Positions 1 through 11,379 of a stretch of DNA of 64,000 nucleotides are shown here, piece by piece; position 1 is the first letter of the stretch; each line of letters opens with the position of its first letter. The notes beneath the pieces are model-generated. The model did no database searches. It saw only the letters and a program-made list of their open reading frames with translations, and was not told the origin of the DNA. This DNA is from Prorocentrum cordatum (lineage: Eukaryota). A program made the position numbers and the translations under genes. The DNA lies in NCBI GenBank assembly GCA_963575745.1, contig CAUYUJ010000040.1, positions 1-64,000 on the forward strand, in the 5' to 3' direction.

Positions 1-1112
1 CGCACCGCTGGACCTCACTGAACGACTGCATTCTGAATCTGGATACTAGGTGTCACGACATCCCAGACAGCTCCGCCATCGGGACGCGGTGACGGCGCCA
101 CCTTCCCACGACGTCCTCTTCGACCACATGGCCAACGACGTGCGCACGTTCTGTGCCGTTACAGCCGATGACCAACGCAGAATGGTCAGAGCTTACTCCG
201 CGAGGATGGATCATGCCGGTCCTCTCCCTGGATGCGGCTCCTTCGGTCGCCGGGGCCCTGCGTTCCCTGCCACGGAGCGCGTTCGGCTCGAAGACATCCC
301 GACCATTGGCTCTTCCCCACCCCCGACGAATGCAGAGACCTGGGCGCCGTGTCTGCGGTGGCCTTCTGCGTGGCCGATGGCTCCACGCGCGCAGTCGAAG
401 CCAAAAGCATCCGCAGCTGCGTCTCCATCGGCGCCTCCACGAGGCTACACCTGCACCCAGAGCTCACACATACCATGCCGGACGGTGGCCACGAGACCTT
501 CCTCTGCGAGAGTTGCGCGCGGCCGCTGTCGAATCCGGCGGCCGCTCCGCCTCCGCGATCCTTGGCTTCGGGGCGGGATTTCGGGGTGCTTTCTCGGATC
601 GGGCTCGAGGCTCCGAGGCTGATGCCCTTGCCCTCGCAGACGTCCGCCTCTACAGCCTCGCGGCCAAAATCCATGTCCCTGGGCAGCGCTCCAGCGCAGC
701 ATCTAGGTCTGTCCTCAAGGGCCACGTGATTGCATTCGTCCACGACGGGCCCACCGCCATCGAAGATCAGTTCAACGCCGCCCGGCTGCGCAATGCATTG
801 GAGCACATCCAGGTGGTCTACGTCGGCGACGCCAACCGAGTCACCAACATCGAACGCCGCGCTCTTTCCATGAAGAGCGCGCAGATGAGACCCCACGTGC
901 TCTACAACCACCTCTCGCTACGCCGCGCCCTCGGACACGTGCCCCCCACTGACGCATCCCCTCCGATTGCGGACGTCGCAGCCTTGCTGGCTGACTGGTT
1001 TTCTTCTCTATCAGCTCGCTCCCGTCACGCGGACGCAGACGACGTCGAAGAGGCCAGCCGGCCATCGGATATCGCCAACGTCAGGGGCGTCGCCATGGAC
1101 GACCTCCACCAG

Positions 1113-2088
1113 GACGCCTCCACTCTTCCACCGAACCTGCGCGTTCATTCTTCATTGGCCGCCCGAGCCCCTCCCCCGGGGGCGGCGAACAAAAACGCGC
1201 CCTCCTGCTCCCCGCTTCTTCGAGCCCCCGCCCGACTTCGGAATCTAAGACGCCCGCGGCGAATCACCGCCGCCCCCTGCCATTTTAGAAGCGCCTATGT
1301 GGCCGAACGTTGAGGCCAGAGGCCTGCCGAGCTATCCGACTATGTAATCCCCGAATCGGTTTGGAAAGCCTTCGGGGAACGCGGGGGCATCTTGAAGGCC
1401 ATCTTGGCCGTCTTGGGGGCCTCGTTGGCGATCGATCTTTCGGCGATCTTTGGGGGCTCTGGGGCCGTCTCGGGCCGCCGGAAGGCGGAAAAAAAGGAAA
1501 TGTCACAATCCGTCGAACACCTGCGGAAAATAAAAGTTTTTCGCATATTCCCTCCTTCGTCGAAGCCCTCTTGGGGGGCCTCTTGGGCCGTTTTGGGCCA
1601 GCTTCGAGCCAACTTCGGCCATCTTGGTGGGTTCCTGGCACGTCTGACGCCGTCGGGGGCCGTCTTGGGGGCCTTTCTGGGCCAACGGGGGACCCTCTTG
1701 GGGCGCTTCGGGGCCGTCTTGGAGGCCATCTTGGGCGTCTTGGAGGCCATCTTTGGCGTGTTGGAGGCCTCCTGGGCCGTCTTGGAGCGCTTTTGAGGCC
1801 TACTTGGAGGCCACTTGGGCTGTCGTGGGGCCCTCTTGGGGGCCTCTTGGGCGATCTTGGGGGCCTCTTGGGCCGTCTTGAGCCGTCGGAATGCGGAGAA
1901 GAAGCAAATCCCACAATCCTTCAACAAAAACTTACGGACATCAATGATTTGGGCCTCTTCGGGCCCCCCTGAAGAAACTCTTGCAGGCCTCTCGGGCCGT
2001 CTGGGAGGCCTGCGCAGTTTCGCCCCTTGCCCTGCGCAGAGGTCCCCGACGCGTGCGCGCGCAGATTCGGTGGAATTGTCATCCACAG
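1113..2088 (+). other. Putative GA-AG spliceosomal intron with TIRs (Introner-like), containing a nested GC-rich repeat
   Basis: CAG|GACGCC donor and CCACAG|GAC acceptor. CAGGAC is repeated at both junctions. TTCCACCGAACCTGCGCG (1126-1143) is inverted at 2058-2075 with 1 mismatch. Removal fuses ORF 153 to ORF 1981 in frame (DDLHQ|DTVVG). Confidence 0.7.
1285..2015. repeat. GC-rich GGCCTCTTGG/GGCCGTCTTGG dispersed repeat family, copy nested in an intron
   Basis: Degenerate 11-bp units alternate with AT-rich blocks (..ATCAATGATTT..). Related copies at ~13020-13590, ~31810-32200, ~32780-33350 and ~38950-39240. Confidence 0.7.
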
Positions 2089-2888
2089 GACACCGTCGTC
2101 GGACAATCTGCCGAGCCCCAGGGCGACATTCACGCAGAGCCCACGGTGTCCTTGGACCCAGTTGGCGTCTTCTTACAATCCAGCGACGCTGTGGCTGGCA
2201 GTATCTCTGATGGTCTCGCGGGCACCCTTCGAGCGTCCAGCCGCGCCGGCCCCGAGGACATCCACGACGAACGCCAAGAGCAACCGGATGCCACCCGCGC
2301 TGGCCCACCCTCTCACGCCTCCGCCTGCGGCCCGCCACCCGCGAAGTGCCGACGACTGAAGCGCCCCGTGGGCGAGTTCACCAACAACGCCGACTTGCTA
2401 TACGGCGCCTTCTGGTTCCTCTTTCCATTGCGGGCCGGCTTGGTTTCCCAGGCCCCCTTGGGCATGCGCGAGTCTAGACGCATGCTCACCCAATTCCACA
2501 GCGGCTTCGCACATTGCCGCAATTTCATATTCCTGCTTGCGAACCAAATGCAACGCCGCGCTGCTGCCAGGGGGGTCGCTCTTCGCGTGAAGACGGACCC
2601 TTTCAGCTTCAAAACTTTCGCAGACATGATCGCCGACAAAGATGTCTACCTCGACCGACTAGGCCGTGCGAAGGCAGATCCCACCAGTAAAGAGGCCCGG
2701 GCGCTACTGAAGCAAGTGCCCCGGTTCGCGGCGTTATCTGGTAAGACCATCCCCTGGGGCGGTGAGGGGCGAGCTTCTGAGATCACCGAGCTCTATGCTT
2801 TACAAAGGAGATTCGGCCCCTTCAGCTCCTTCATGACCGTGGCCTTGGACGACGCGCACCAGCCTACCTCTATCCGCTTGCCTTATCG

Positions 2889-3190
2889 GCACACGGGAGA
2901 CCCTAAAGGAGCTACCGCGCTCTTGACATCCCCCCCCCCTGCCCCCTCACGGCCCTTTCACCCTGCGACTTCCTGCATGGGACCTCGGGCCTCGGGTTTT
3001 CGCTCCGTTTCCTAAGTTTGGCCCTGCAATTTAATTGTTCAAAGGGGAACTCAGATGCCAGCCTTCTCTGATGCCCCCGAGAGTGCCCAGGCCCCCAGCT
3101 CTCAAACGATTTCCATAATTTCGGGCTGGCCGCTTCATCCAGGTGCGAGTCATAAATCTAAGTGCGGGTCCTCTCCCACGAACCCATCAG
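2889..3190 (+). other. Putative GC-AG intron in Helitron Rep
   Basis: TATCG|GCACAC ... CCATCAG|GCGC. Removal joins the ORF 1981 frame to the ORF 3162 frame (IRLPYR|RGKPHLW) between HUH motifs 1 and 2. Confidence 0.55.
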
Positions 3191-5284
3191 GCGCGGCAAG
3201 CCGCACCTGTGGCCCGCAGACGAAACTGGCCTACTGCGCGTCCTTCGCAAAGAAGGCGCCGAGGAGGGCGTCTCCGCGTTCTCCGAGAAGTCCACGCCGC
3301 GCGGCGCGGACGAGTCGTACACGTTTTCCATGGGCGAGGCATTCCTGCAGCGCTTGGCGACTCTCGATCCCGTGGCAACCGCGTTGCTGCGGGAACAGAT
3401 GGCGGAGGCTATCTTCACGGAGCTCGCGGGCATGCCGCCGCACCGCAAACGGATGACGTCGCAGCTGATCGACGAGAACAGCCCCCATCGCGGCATCTTC
3501 AGAACCCAGTGTGCCTGGCATTTCGCGACCGAAACAAACGGCCGCAAGTCCTTCCACTTCCACGCCGATGTCATCGCAGGGGCCTCTCCTACATTGTTGG
3601 CCGACGTGGCTGGGCACCCACGCTTGGAGGCCGCGGTGCGCGCAGCCCTGGACTCACTGTATACGGCCCACGTGCCCGCCGACTTGCACGCCATCGACGT
3701 GGCCCGCCGGACTCTGCGCGCGCCAGCGGAGCGTCAGACTTTCTTCCAGACCACCGACACGCCCACCCCGGAAGCCGTCCGAGAGTTCCACGCGGATGCC
3801 GCCATCGCAGCTCTTACCACTGGACTACATACACACGCGGACACTGCCACAAAGGCAAAAATGGCAAGGTCGGGCGCCGCATGGCGAAACCCTCTGGACA
3901 CCCCGTCCCCCAGTCTCGCGTTCTCGCAATCCTCCCCGACGAACCCGCGCAGGGCACCGTGGAGTGGTCTTGCAAATACTGCAACCCAGGATACGACCCG
4001 AAACAACGACCAACGACTGCACTTTGGGCTTGCAGGCCTCGACCTGGTGATGGGGCTGCCAACGTCGTCCTCTCCTACGAGCGCGCTCGCCCACACGTGG
4101 AACCCGATGCAGGCCCCTTGCGCGACATCATGAACATGCCCCGCGCCGGCTCAGAGTTGCTGGACCCCTCTGCGGCGCGCGAGATGTTCCGGGGCGCATG
4201 CCGCGAACTCAGCAGCCTTCTGTCCAGACCTACTCAAGGCCGCAATTTGAACGACTGCCTCAACGCATGTAATGACGACGACGCTCGCGCCATCCTTCTC
4301 GCTTGGAACGGCATGCGATGCCGAAATGCGGCCCTCGTGGAGTTCAGCCCCACCCTCTCGGGACGCGTCCGGAACAACACCGCGCCCCTGCACCTCGGAG
4401 CCGGGGAGGCCGCGAAAGGGGCCTGCATGTACATGGTGAAGTACCTCGTCAAAGAAGCTTACGAGCTGGCAGCCTCGTTGTCCGCATTGGCGGACGCTCG
4501 CCGTCACATTGAGCTCTACCCGTCCTCGGCTGACGACGCAGGCGCCGCAGCACGGTGCACGCGCCACTTCCTACAACGAGTTCTCAATTCCAGAGCCGCC
4601 GAGCTTGCCCCGACACAGGCGGCTGCGATCGCTCTCGGCGTCGCGCCCAGCGGACATTCTCACGCATGCGTCAATGCCTGCGTGTGGGACGCCGTCCACC
4701 TCAGACGTCTTTTGCCCTCCGGTGTCTCCCTGCTGTCAGCTTCTTCCTCGGACCTCCACCCGCCCGCTCCCGATCCGCCCGACGACGGGGAGTCGCCCTT
4801 GGACCAGCGATATGCCGACGCATGCACTGGCGACCCAGACGAAGTCGACGCGGCAGACGAGTGCGACCATCCGCGCCGAGGCACCTGCAGTATCTACGCC
4901 ACGTCGGGCGGCGCGCAGTTTGCATTATCGCAGGCTGACCACTGCGCGCGCCGGTCCAAACAACTAGCCGACCTCACCTTCGACGAGTTCGTCATGGGGA
5001 TGCGCGCCCAGAAAGTTTCCGCGGAACAGCGGGCAAAGATAGCCGTCGAATCGGGCAAGAGGGGCCGCCCTACGAACCCGAGCTTCGAACTCGAACCGCC
5101 GCGCCTTTTGGCGGGCCAGTACGTCATCAAAGAAATGTCCAAATTCGACGTGCCGGTCTGTGTCGGAGCTCCTCCGCCGCGTCTGCCCCCCGATCCCGCC
5201 CCGCGCAGCAAGACGCGCCAGCGTATGCAGCTGGCCCACGCTGGGTGCTTCGCTGCGCTGTTCGTACCTTAGTCTGCGACCCAT

Positions 5285-7961
5285 GTGGAACCTGCGACCC
5301 CGACCACATGGAGCGATTATCATCGCCGCCTGGAAGACGCGGCAGGGGGCTCCGCGTCTCTTGCATCCGACTCCGTGCGGCACGGGAAAACTCAGAGAAT
5401 CGCGGAGGGCCGCTTGTTCCGCATCCACCACGTAGCGACAGCCCTCACGTCGAATACTCGCAATACCGATATTATGAGCAAGTGGCGCATGCGAGATCGT
5501 GCTTTCTGGTCCGAAACGACCCTCTGTCCAGAGATAGAACGCCCCCCTGGCCGCAGCAAGGATCAGGAGACCGACGCCGATGCAGACATCCGCAACTTAC
5601 GCGACGCTGCCAGCACCGACGTGAACTCCAGAGCCATGAAGCGAGCTGCTGCAATGGAATCCTGGGCGGACGACATTACCGACCGACTACCACCACTACC
5701 CGACGTACCATCCACGCTGGATCCTCGGTCACACTGGCCACGGGGAGCTCCGACCAAGGACGGTGATCCCGTCCACCAATTCCCAGGTGGGTCCACCGAC
5801 ATCGCCTCCTTCCTGGCAGACCTCGAGCAGCCTCGGCGCCGACCATCCGACGACGCCACCACCACGGCCCACGACGACCACCCCCTCGCAGATGCCCCCC
5901 CGGAAATTGGCGACCCACCAGAGTTCGACCCCATCGACGACGAGACCTTCATGCGTCTCACACGCAACTGGGGATCTGACGTCCGCAATACGCTGCCCGG
6001 AGGCTGTCCCCCAGCCCCTCCCCTCAACCCCCAACAGCGTGCCTTCGCAAGACAGTATTTGGCACTGCAGCGCCACCTCGCTGACGGCCGCCAACGCGGT
6101 GACGACCCCCGCGACACGCTCGCAACTCTTCGGCAGCAAGGGGTCCGGCAAGTGCATCTGCTCCAAGGAACGGAGGGTTCCAAAGGAAGTTTCGGGGGGG
6201 CAGGTTTCCCACCAAGGGCCCCCAAAGAGCTCGGCAAGCCCATCTTGGCGACGTTGAGAAGCCCATGGGGTGCTCCGTGGAAAACCCTCTCCCCGACACA
6301 ACCCTTTGGGGCCCTCCATAAGGAGCTGGGGGTGTTGGAAAGAACGTGCCCCCGCAGGCGATGCGCGCCGTTCTACGCCGCCTGCGCTTGGGGCGCATGG
6401 CCATCGCAGCCTGGGCGGGGGTAGCCTCTGCTCCTTTTGGGGCGCCGACGTTATGTTCTTTGCTGAAAAATCGACTTCGCATGCCTGGCTTCAGACCGCC
6501 CCGTCGACGCTGACACGTTGCAGCTCCTCCGCAAGTGCTTCGCCGACGCCGCGTGCGACCCGGTCGATCTGCTCGTCTTCGTCGTCGACGAGGCCAGCTT
6601 TCTCGTCCCAGCAGCCTTGCATCACATCGACCTTCAACTGCAACGATTGCGCGGTGTCCACGGCGTCCATTTTCGGAGGTGTCGCCCTCATCCTGGCAGG
6701 TGGCTTTTGGCAGAAACCGCCTCCGAGCTGCGCGACGATGGCAGAGCTCCTCGCCAGCGCTGACGCGCAGGCCTATCGAAGCCAGCCCCGCGCAACCCCA
6801 TGAGCACATCAGAAAAAGGCCTCGACATATTCCGACGAGTTCGCCGCACTGTTCTGACGCAGCAGATGCGAGTGCCGACGACTCTGGTTTCCAGACGGAT
6901 CTACTGCAGCTCCGGGACACGACCCCGGGCGCCTCGGTCCCAGCGAGGTTGACAGACTCGCTCTGCAAGGTTTCCCCCGCGACATCCAGACGCATCCTGC
7001 GCGGCCTTTCGCCCCCATCTGCGCCCTGTCCAACTTCGAGCGGCGCGTTCTCAACAGGGTCCAGGCCGAACGCTTTGCCAAGACGCGCTCGCTACCCCTA
7101 GTCCGACGGCGATGCCTCTTGCACGGACGCCACTGCTCTATGTTATCAGCTGATGCCCAAGACGGCCTTTGCCAGAACGAGCCTGGCATGCGGGGATGCT
7201 TCGTGCGCGGGGCCCCAGCCATGCTGCTTGCCAACACCCAGCCCACCAAACTTTGCGTCGAAGGGGCCATGGGTTTCCTACACTCTCTCAGCTTCGACGG
7301 CGATGCACCGGGAGTTTTCTTAGACGCTGTTGCGTCGGGCGGATTCCGGGAAATTATCCTCGAGGAGCCGCCTGCTTCTATCAACGTCCAGATCTCCTTG
7401 CCCGCTGACGAAGACGGCGCTGGGATCGAGACCCGTGTTCCCGGGTCCGTGGTCGTTCCCATCGCGCACAGCTCCCGCGTCGAGGACTACGACGCCACCT
7501 CGCTGTTCAGCATCCTCAAACGAGCGCCCAAGCGCATCCGCATACGGTGCCACGCGGCTGCTCTGGCCTTCGCTTGCACGGATTATAAACTACAAGGCAA
7601 AACGTGTAACGAGTTGGTTCTCAGCGTGGCCAAGCGACCTTGGCCGCCGCATTTGGACAGACAAGGCGTCTACGTCGCCGTCAGCAGGGTGCGCGCCAAG
7701 GCTCGCGCACGGGCGCTTCACCGACCGTCTTCCGAAGCCGGGAGACTGTGCCACTTGCGGAATTTGCCGCCTGCTCGAGAACTTCACGCTTGGAACGCCG
7801 GGTACGACGCGGCTGGAGATTGGCGGCCCCCCCTCGCCCACGCGGCGGCGTCTGGCGCACCATCTACCCGACGACCTCGACCACGCGCCCCTGCGCGGGC
7901 ACCGCGTCCGCGACCAATGGCGGGAGAGGCATGCTTGGCACGCGTGCCCGCGCGCCAGTGA
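5285..7961 (+). pseudogene. Helitron Pif1-type (SF1B) helicase, frameshifted
   Basis: LNPQQR; Walker A LLQG|AGGVGK reconstituted across the 6168-6322 intron; motif Ia AWAGVAS..FGAPTLCSLL (~6400-6465); Walker B VVDEAS (~6581-6598); motif III FGGVALILAGGFWQKPP (6671-6722); motif V AFACTDYKLQGKT (~7566-7604); motif VI YVAVSRVR (~7670-7693). Confidence 0.85.
6168..6322 (+). other. Putative GA-AG intron with TIRs (Introner-like) splitting the helicase Walker A
   Basis: CAAG|GAACGG ... CATAAG|GAGC. AAGGA is repeated at both junctions. About 45-bp imperfect TIRs (CGGAGGGTTCCAAAGG... versus the reverse complement TGGAGGGCCCCAAAGG...). Splicing yields QGAGGVGK. Confidence 0.75.
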
Positions 7962-8485
7962 AGGGCCTTCCACGTCGAAGCCGCCGCCTTCACGCGCGCC
8001 AGCAGTTTCGCCGCGCTGTCCTTGCATTACTTGCAAGTGGCCACTGTGCTGCCAATTCGACGCCTTCTACCTTAAGAGCTTTGGGCTGGCACGACCCACC
8101 GCATTGCACGAACAAGCGATGCATGACATTTCGGCCACCGCCATCTTGAGCATGAGGAATGCTTTGTTCCCCCTTGCCAACAGTTGCCCCGTCGACCACC
8201 TAGCCTGGCAGCATCTCCAGACAAGCCCCCTGGTCCCGAAGGTACTTAGGCGCGCGACGCGTCATAGTGATTCAGAGGCAGCCGCCTGCTTACCAGACTT
8301 TCGCTCAGAAATTTGTTTTTTCGAACCCAAAGTCGGCTTCTGTGCTCGCCCCCTTCGATTTCCCACCGCGCGTCACTCTTGCCGACCTTTCTTCTCCTTG
8401 CCTCAGCATCAGACTTCTTCCGTGAGATTTGATTGCCCCTCAACCGTTGATCTCGCCCAACCCTCGCTCTCAGATTGACCCTGCC

Positions 8486-10659
8486 ATGGCGGTTAAGCTC
8501 GAGGCAGTGAACGACCGCAACTGCGGTGCCAAGAGCATGCACGTGCGAGCGTTCGACCCGATGGTTCGCAAGACTAAGAGGGACTGCGAGGTATTCACCT
8601 GCAAGTTGGCCAGCGAGAGTGGCCTCTATATTGCGCAGCCGAACAGATGATCTTCGGGGACGCGCCGGCGGCGCGCACGAGAGTCAGCACAGCACTGACG
8701 ACTAAGTTGACCTCGAACTCCGCGCGGCCCCTCTCCAAGCTGAAGACGGCGCGCAAGAAGACGGCCTTCCGCGGGGGCCCGCGCTCATGCGCCCTTCAGC
8801 TGAACAACAGGGCCATGACCGCGAAAGCATTGGACCCGCCGGAGGCCAACAAGCTGCCGGACGAGCTGGGCCCCCCCGCGGGAGTCCAGGACGTCCTCGA
8901 CCTTTCGGAGGACCAGGCGATCGACCTCCACGGGTTCGTCTCTGACATTTCCCCTGAAGCCCAAAACAAAGGCAATAACTTGGCAAGGGCCGCAATCTGC
9001 AACGAGGCCGGCGGCAGCATCGCGCTGTTTTTTTTTTTTGGGGGGGGGGGGCCGCCGCCCTCGCAGAGAAGTTGCAGGAGAAAGAGCCCATCTACATCTA
9101 CGGGGCGCACTTGGCCCACCCCGACAATGGCGGCGTGCACCTGGCAGTCCGGGAGCCCACCTCCTTCGCCGCGCCTGCAGGCGCGCGCCCCAAGATAGCG
9201 CCCATGCTCGCCGGCGGCGCGCGACCTCGCCAGCGACCAGCTGCAAATCTCGTCCGTCTCTGAGACCACGGACTGCAAGGCGAGGCCCGCCGTCGCCCCC
9301 CTATCCTCTGCCCAGCCCTCGCGCAATCCCACGCCCACCCCGCAGAGCGAATCCCCGCTGATGCACCCCGCCCCCCTTTCCAGGATTTGGCACCAGAAAT
9401 TCAAATTTCCCCACCAAGCTCCGGTCCCGGCCCACCGGCCGTCGGGGGCCCCTCTCCGCCCCACGTTTTCTACGGGGCATGGCGCTCTCACCTCGCAGAT
9501 CCCGCCCCCGCGCTTTTGCCGCCTAGGTCGGGCCCGCCGCCAGCTCCAACTCGGCCGTCCTGGACGCCGTCCTCCAGAGCGAGACGACGCCGCCCGAGCC
9601 ATTGTTCGAGATCCCAACGGCGTCTTTCCCCCTCAGCGACACAGAGACGCCCCTGACGAAAGATGGGGGCCGCATCTGGGCATCCGTGCGCACGGTCGAC
9701 TACGCTGGGTCCGTGGAAGCCAAGGTCACAGAGAAGGCCGCCCTCGCTTTGACCAGGTGCGCCGACGAGGCGGAATTTCAGGCCGACGTTGAGCAGGGGT
9801 CCTTGACGCGGTCCCGGGCGCGCGTTCGGGCCACGCTCCGCGCCCCGCTGAGCGCGGATGGCGGCCAGAAAACCACGGGCCCTCGCCTGGCCATCGCGCG
9901 CGCGGAACCCCGCAACTTCGACGCTGTCGCCCCGCTGGCCGCCCCGCACAGCGACAGCCGCGTTGCCCCCGCCAGCGCCCGCAGCGTCTCCCCGAGCACC
10001 GCCGGGAAGCTCACCATCGCCATCGGATCGGCGCGCTTCCCTGCGAGCGGCGCGCTCCTCTTGGTAGAAGCCACGAAGGGCCCAGACGCCGTTTCGCGCG
10101 AGGGCGGCTTCGCCATCGCCAACTACATCGTGGGCGCGGCGGAGAGCGACTCCGACCAGAAAGCCGCCTTCCGCGCTGTTACTGCCTGCTCTGCGAAACG
10201 CCTGGGCCGCCACGCTTTAACGAAGAAGGACCACTCATTATGGTAACCCACTTCGACGCAGCGGAGTCCGAGTTTACCGTGGGCGACATGTGGAAATTGC
10301 CGCACGGCATCGCGCCCGACGCGTTCAAGGCCGAAATTGCTACTGCCGGTGAGACTCTGACCACGCGCCTCGCGCGCGCCAAGCGCAAGTCCGACCCCAA
10401 GGCCGACGACAACTTTGACGAGTTCTTCGGACCCGCAGTCAAGCGCGCCCACTTGGCGCTCGGCGACCCCGCCGCGCCCGCGGAGCGAGGCAACCTCCAG
10501 CGCAGCTTTCGCGCGCGCGTGGCGGCTGATCTGGGCCCCCATCCCTCGAATTCGATGCCGACTCTTCCTGCGGACCCATGGGGCCCCGTCCTCCGTCTAC
10601 CGCCGGCGCAACGGCCCCCGTCCTCCGTCCGCCTTGCGCCGCACTTTGCGAGCCCTTAG
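8486..10659 (+). pseudogene. RPA70-like / tandem OB-fold ssDNA-binding protein gene associated with the Helitron (frameshifted)
   Basis: ATG at 8486. VFTCKLASESGLY...MIFG, then IDLHGFVSDIS...RAAICNEAGGSIALF, resembling the RPA1 DBD-A/B pattern (VDVIGvv...R.i.l.D.SG..i.ltlW). Continues in ORFs 9602 and 10240. Confidence 0.5.
9280..9526 (+). other. Putative GC-AG intron in the RPA-like gene
   Basis: TGCAAG|GCGAGG ... GCCTAG|GTCGGG. Removal links TDCK to VGPAASSNSAVLDAVL and on into the ORF 9602 frame. Confidence 0.45.
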
Positions 10660-11250
10660 GAAGCCGCATCCCCACCGACGCCCGCGCCCTTTCCACAGTT
10701 CTGATCCGACAACCAGAACTTCTCCGCCAAAGTCCGGCCCCAGCTCGCTGCCCGTCAGAATCCGCCAGCGGCCCCCCTAGATTTATATGAGAAGATCTCC
10801 ATTGAATCCGCCAGCGGCCAACTTCTTCCGATGGATGGGTGCCATGACCAGGCTGTGCCAGCTCCCAGATATCATCTCTCCCTCTACGTTCCCTCAGCCC
10901 CATCGCCTTCGGCCGCGCGCGCGCCTCCAGTCATGAGCAGCACCCCCCCCCCCCCCGGCGGCCCCGAGACGGGGCCAGCGGTGCTCGGGGGGCGCCCATG
11001 CAGAACAGGGGCTGCGACGATCCTGTGAGTTCTTGCTGTCTTGCCTGCCGGGGGGGAGGTAGGTCCGGTTGTCGCTCCATGGTTCCCGACTAACATTTAG
11101 TTAAGCGAATGGATACTTCTGGCCACAAGCGATGCCCTTATATTGCGCGGTGATGAAGGGGGGTGGCATGCGCGCGCCCATCCTCGTGAGTTGGTCTCGC
11201 AAGGAGGAGGGGGGCGAGAAGGAGGGGGAGGGGGGGGGGGGTGGGGGGCC

Positions 11251-11338
11251 GGCAAGCTAGGTGCGCTCGCGTCATATCTGACGTCCTACCCCTCCCTCCC
11301 ATCCCTTACCATGGCGCTGATTTTCTCTATCCGCGGAC
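11251..11338 (+). repeat. Dispersed ~85-bp repeat, copy A
   Basis: GGCAAGCTAGGTGCGCTCGCGTCATATCTGACGTCC... matches the reverse complement of 37004-37083. Confidence 0.8.
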
Positions 11339-11379
11339 GCGTGTCGTAGCGGACTTGTGGCTCCGCGCGCGCGTGCGTA

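Larger units (their letters stand above)
50..5272 (+). pseudogene. Helitron Rep (HUH endonuclease) region, frameshifted and intron-split
   Basis: Motif 1 PFSSFMTVALDD (~2818-2853), motif 2 ETNGRKSFHFH (3531-3563), motif 3 YMVKYLVK (4430-4453). Upstream FLCESC...SLASGRDFG and LKGHVIAFVHDG are typical of Helitron N-termini. Several frameshifts. Confidence 0.8.
1..10660 (+). mobile_element. Degenerate Helitron-family rolling-circle transposon (Rep/Helicase plus RPA-like gene); 5' end outside the window or not recognised, 3' end uncertain
   Basis: Ordered motifs across frameshifted ORFs: N-terminal CxxC and LKGHVIAF region, AFWFLFP...FIFLLANQMQRR, HUH Rep motifs, then all main Pif1/SF1B helicase motifs, then an OB-fold-like ORF. 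Confidence 0.85.

Noticed and set aside
1310..1972. GGLLGRLG-type repetitive ORFs here and at ~13.1 kb, 31.8-33.3 kb and 39 kb
   Set aside because: Open frames produced by a GC-rich 11-bp repeat family; open in several frames on both strands.
10765..10790. CTAG at ~10777-10780 as the Helitron 3' end
   Set aside because: It is followed by A rather than T and has no convincing upstream hairpin; the terminus is left undefined.
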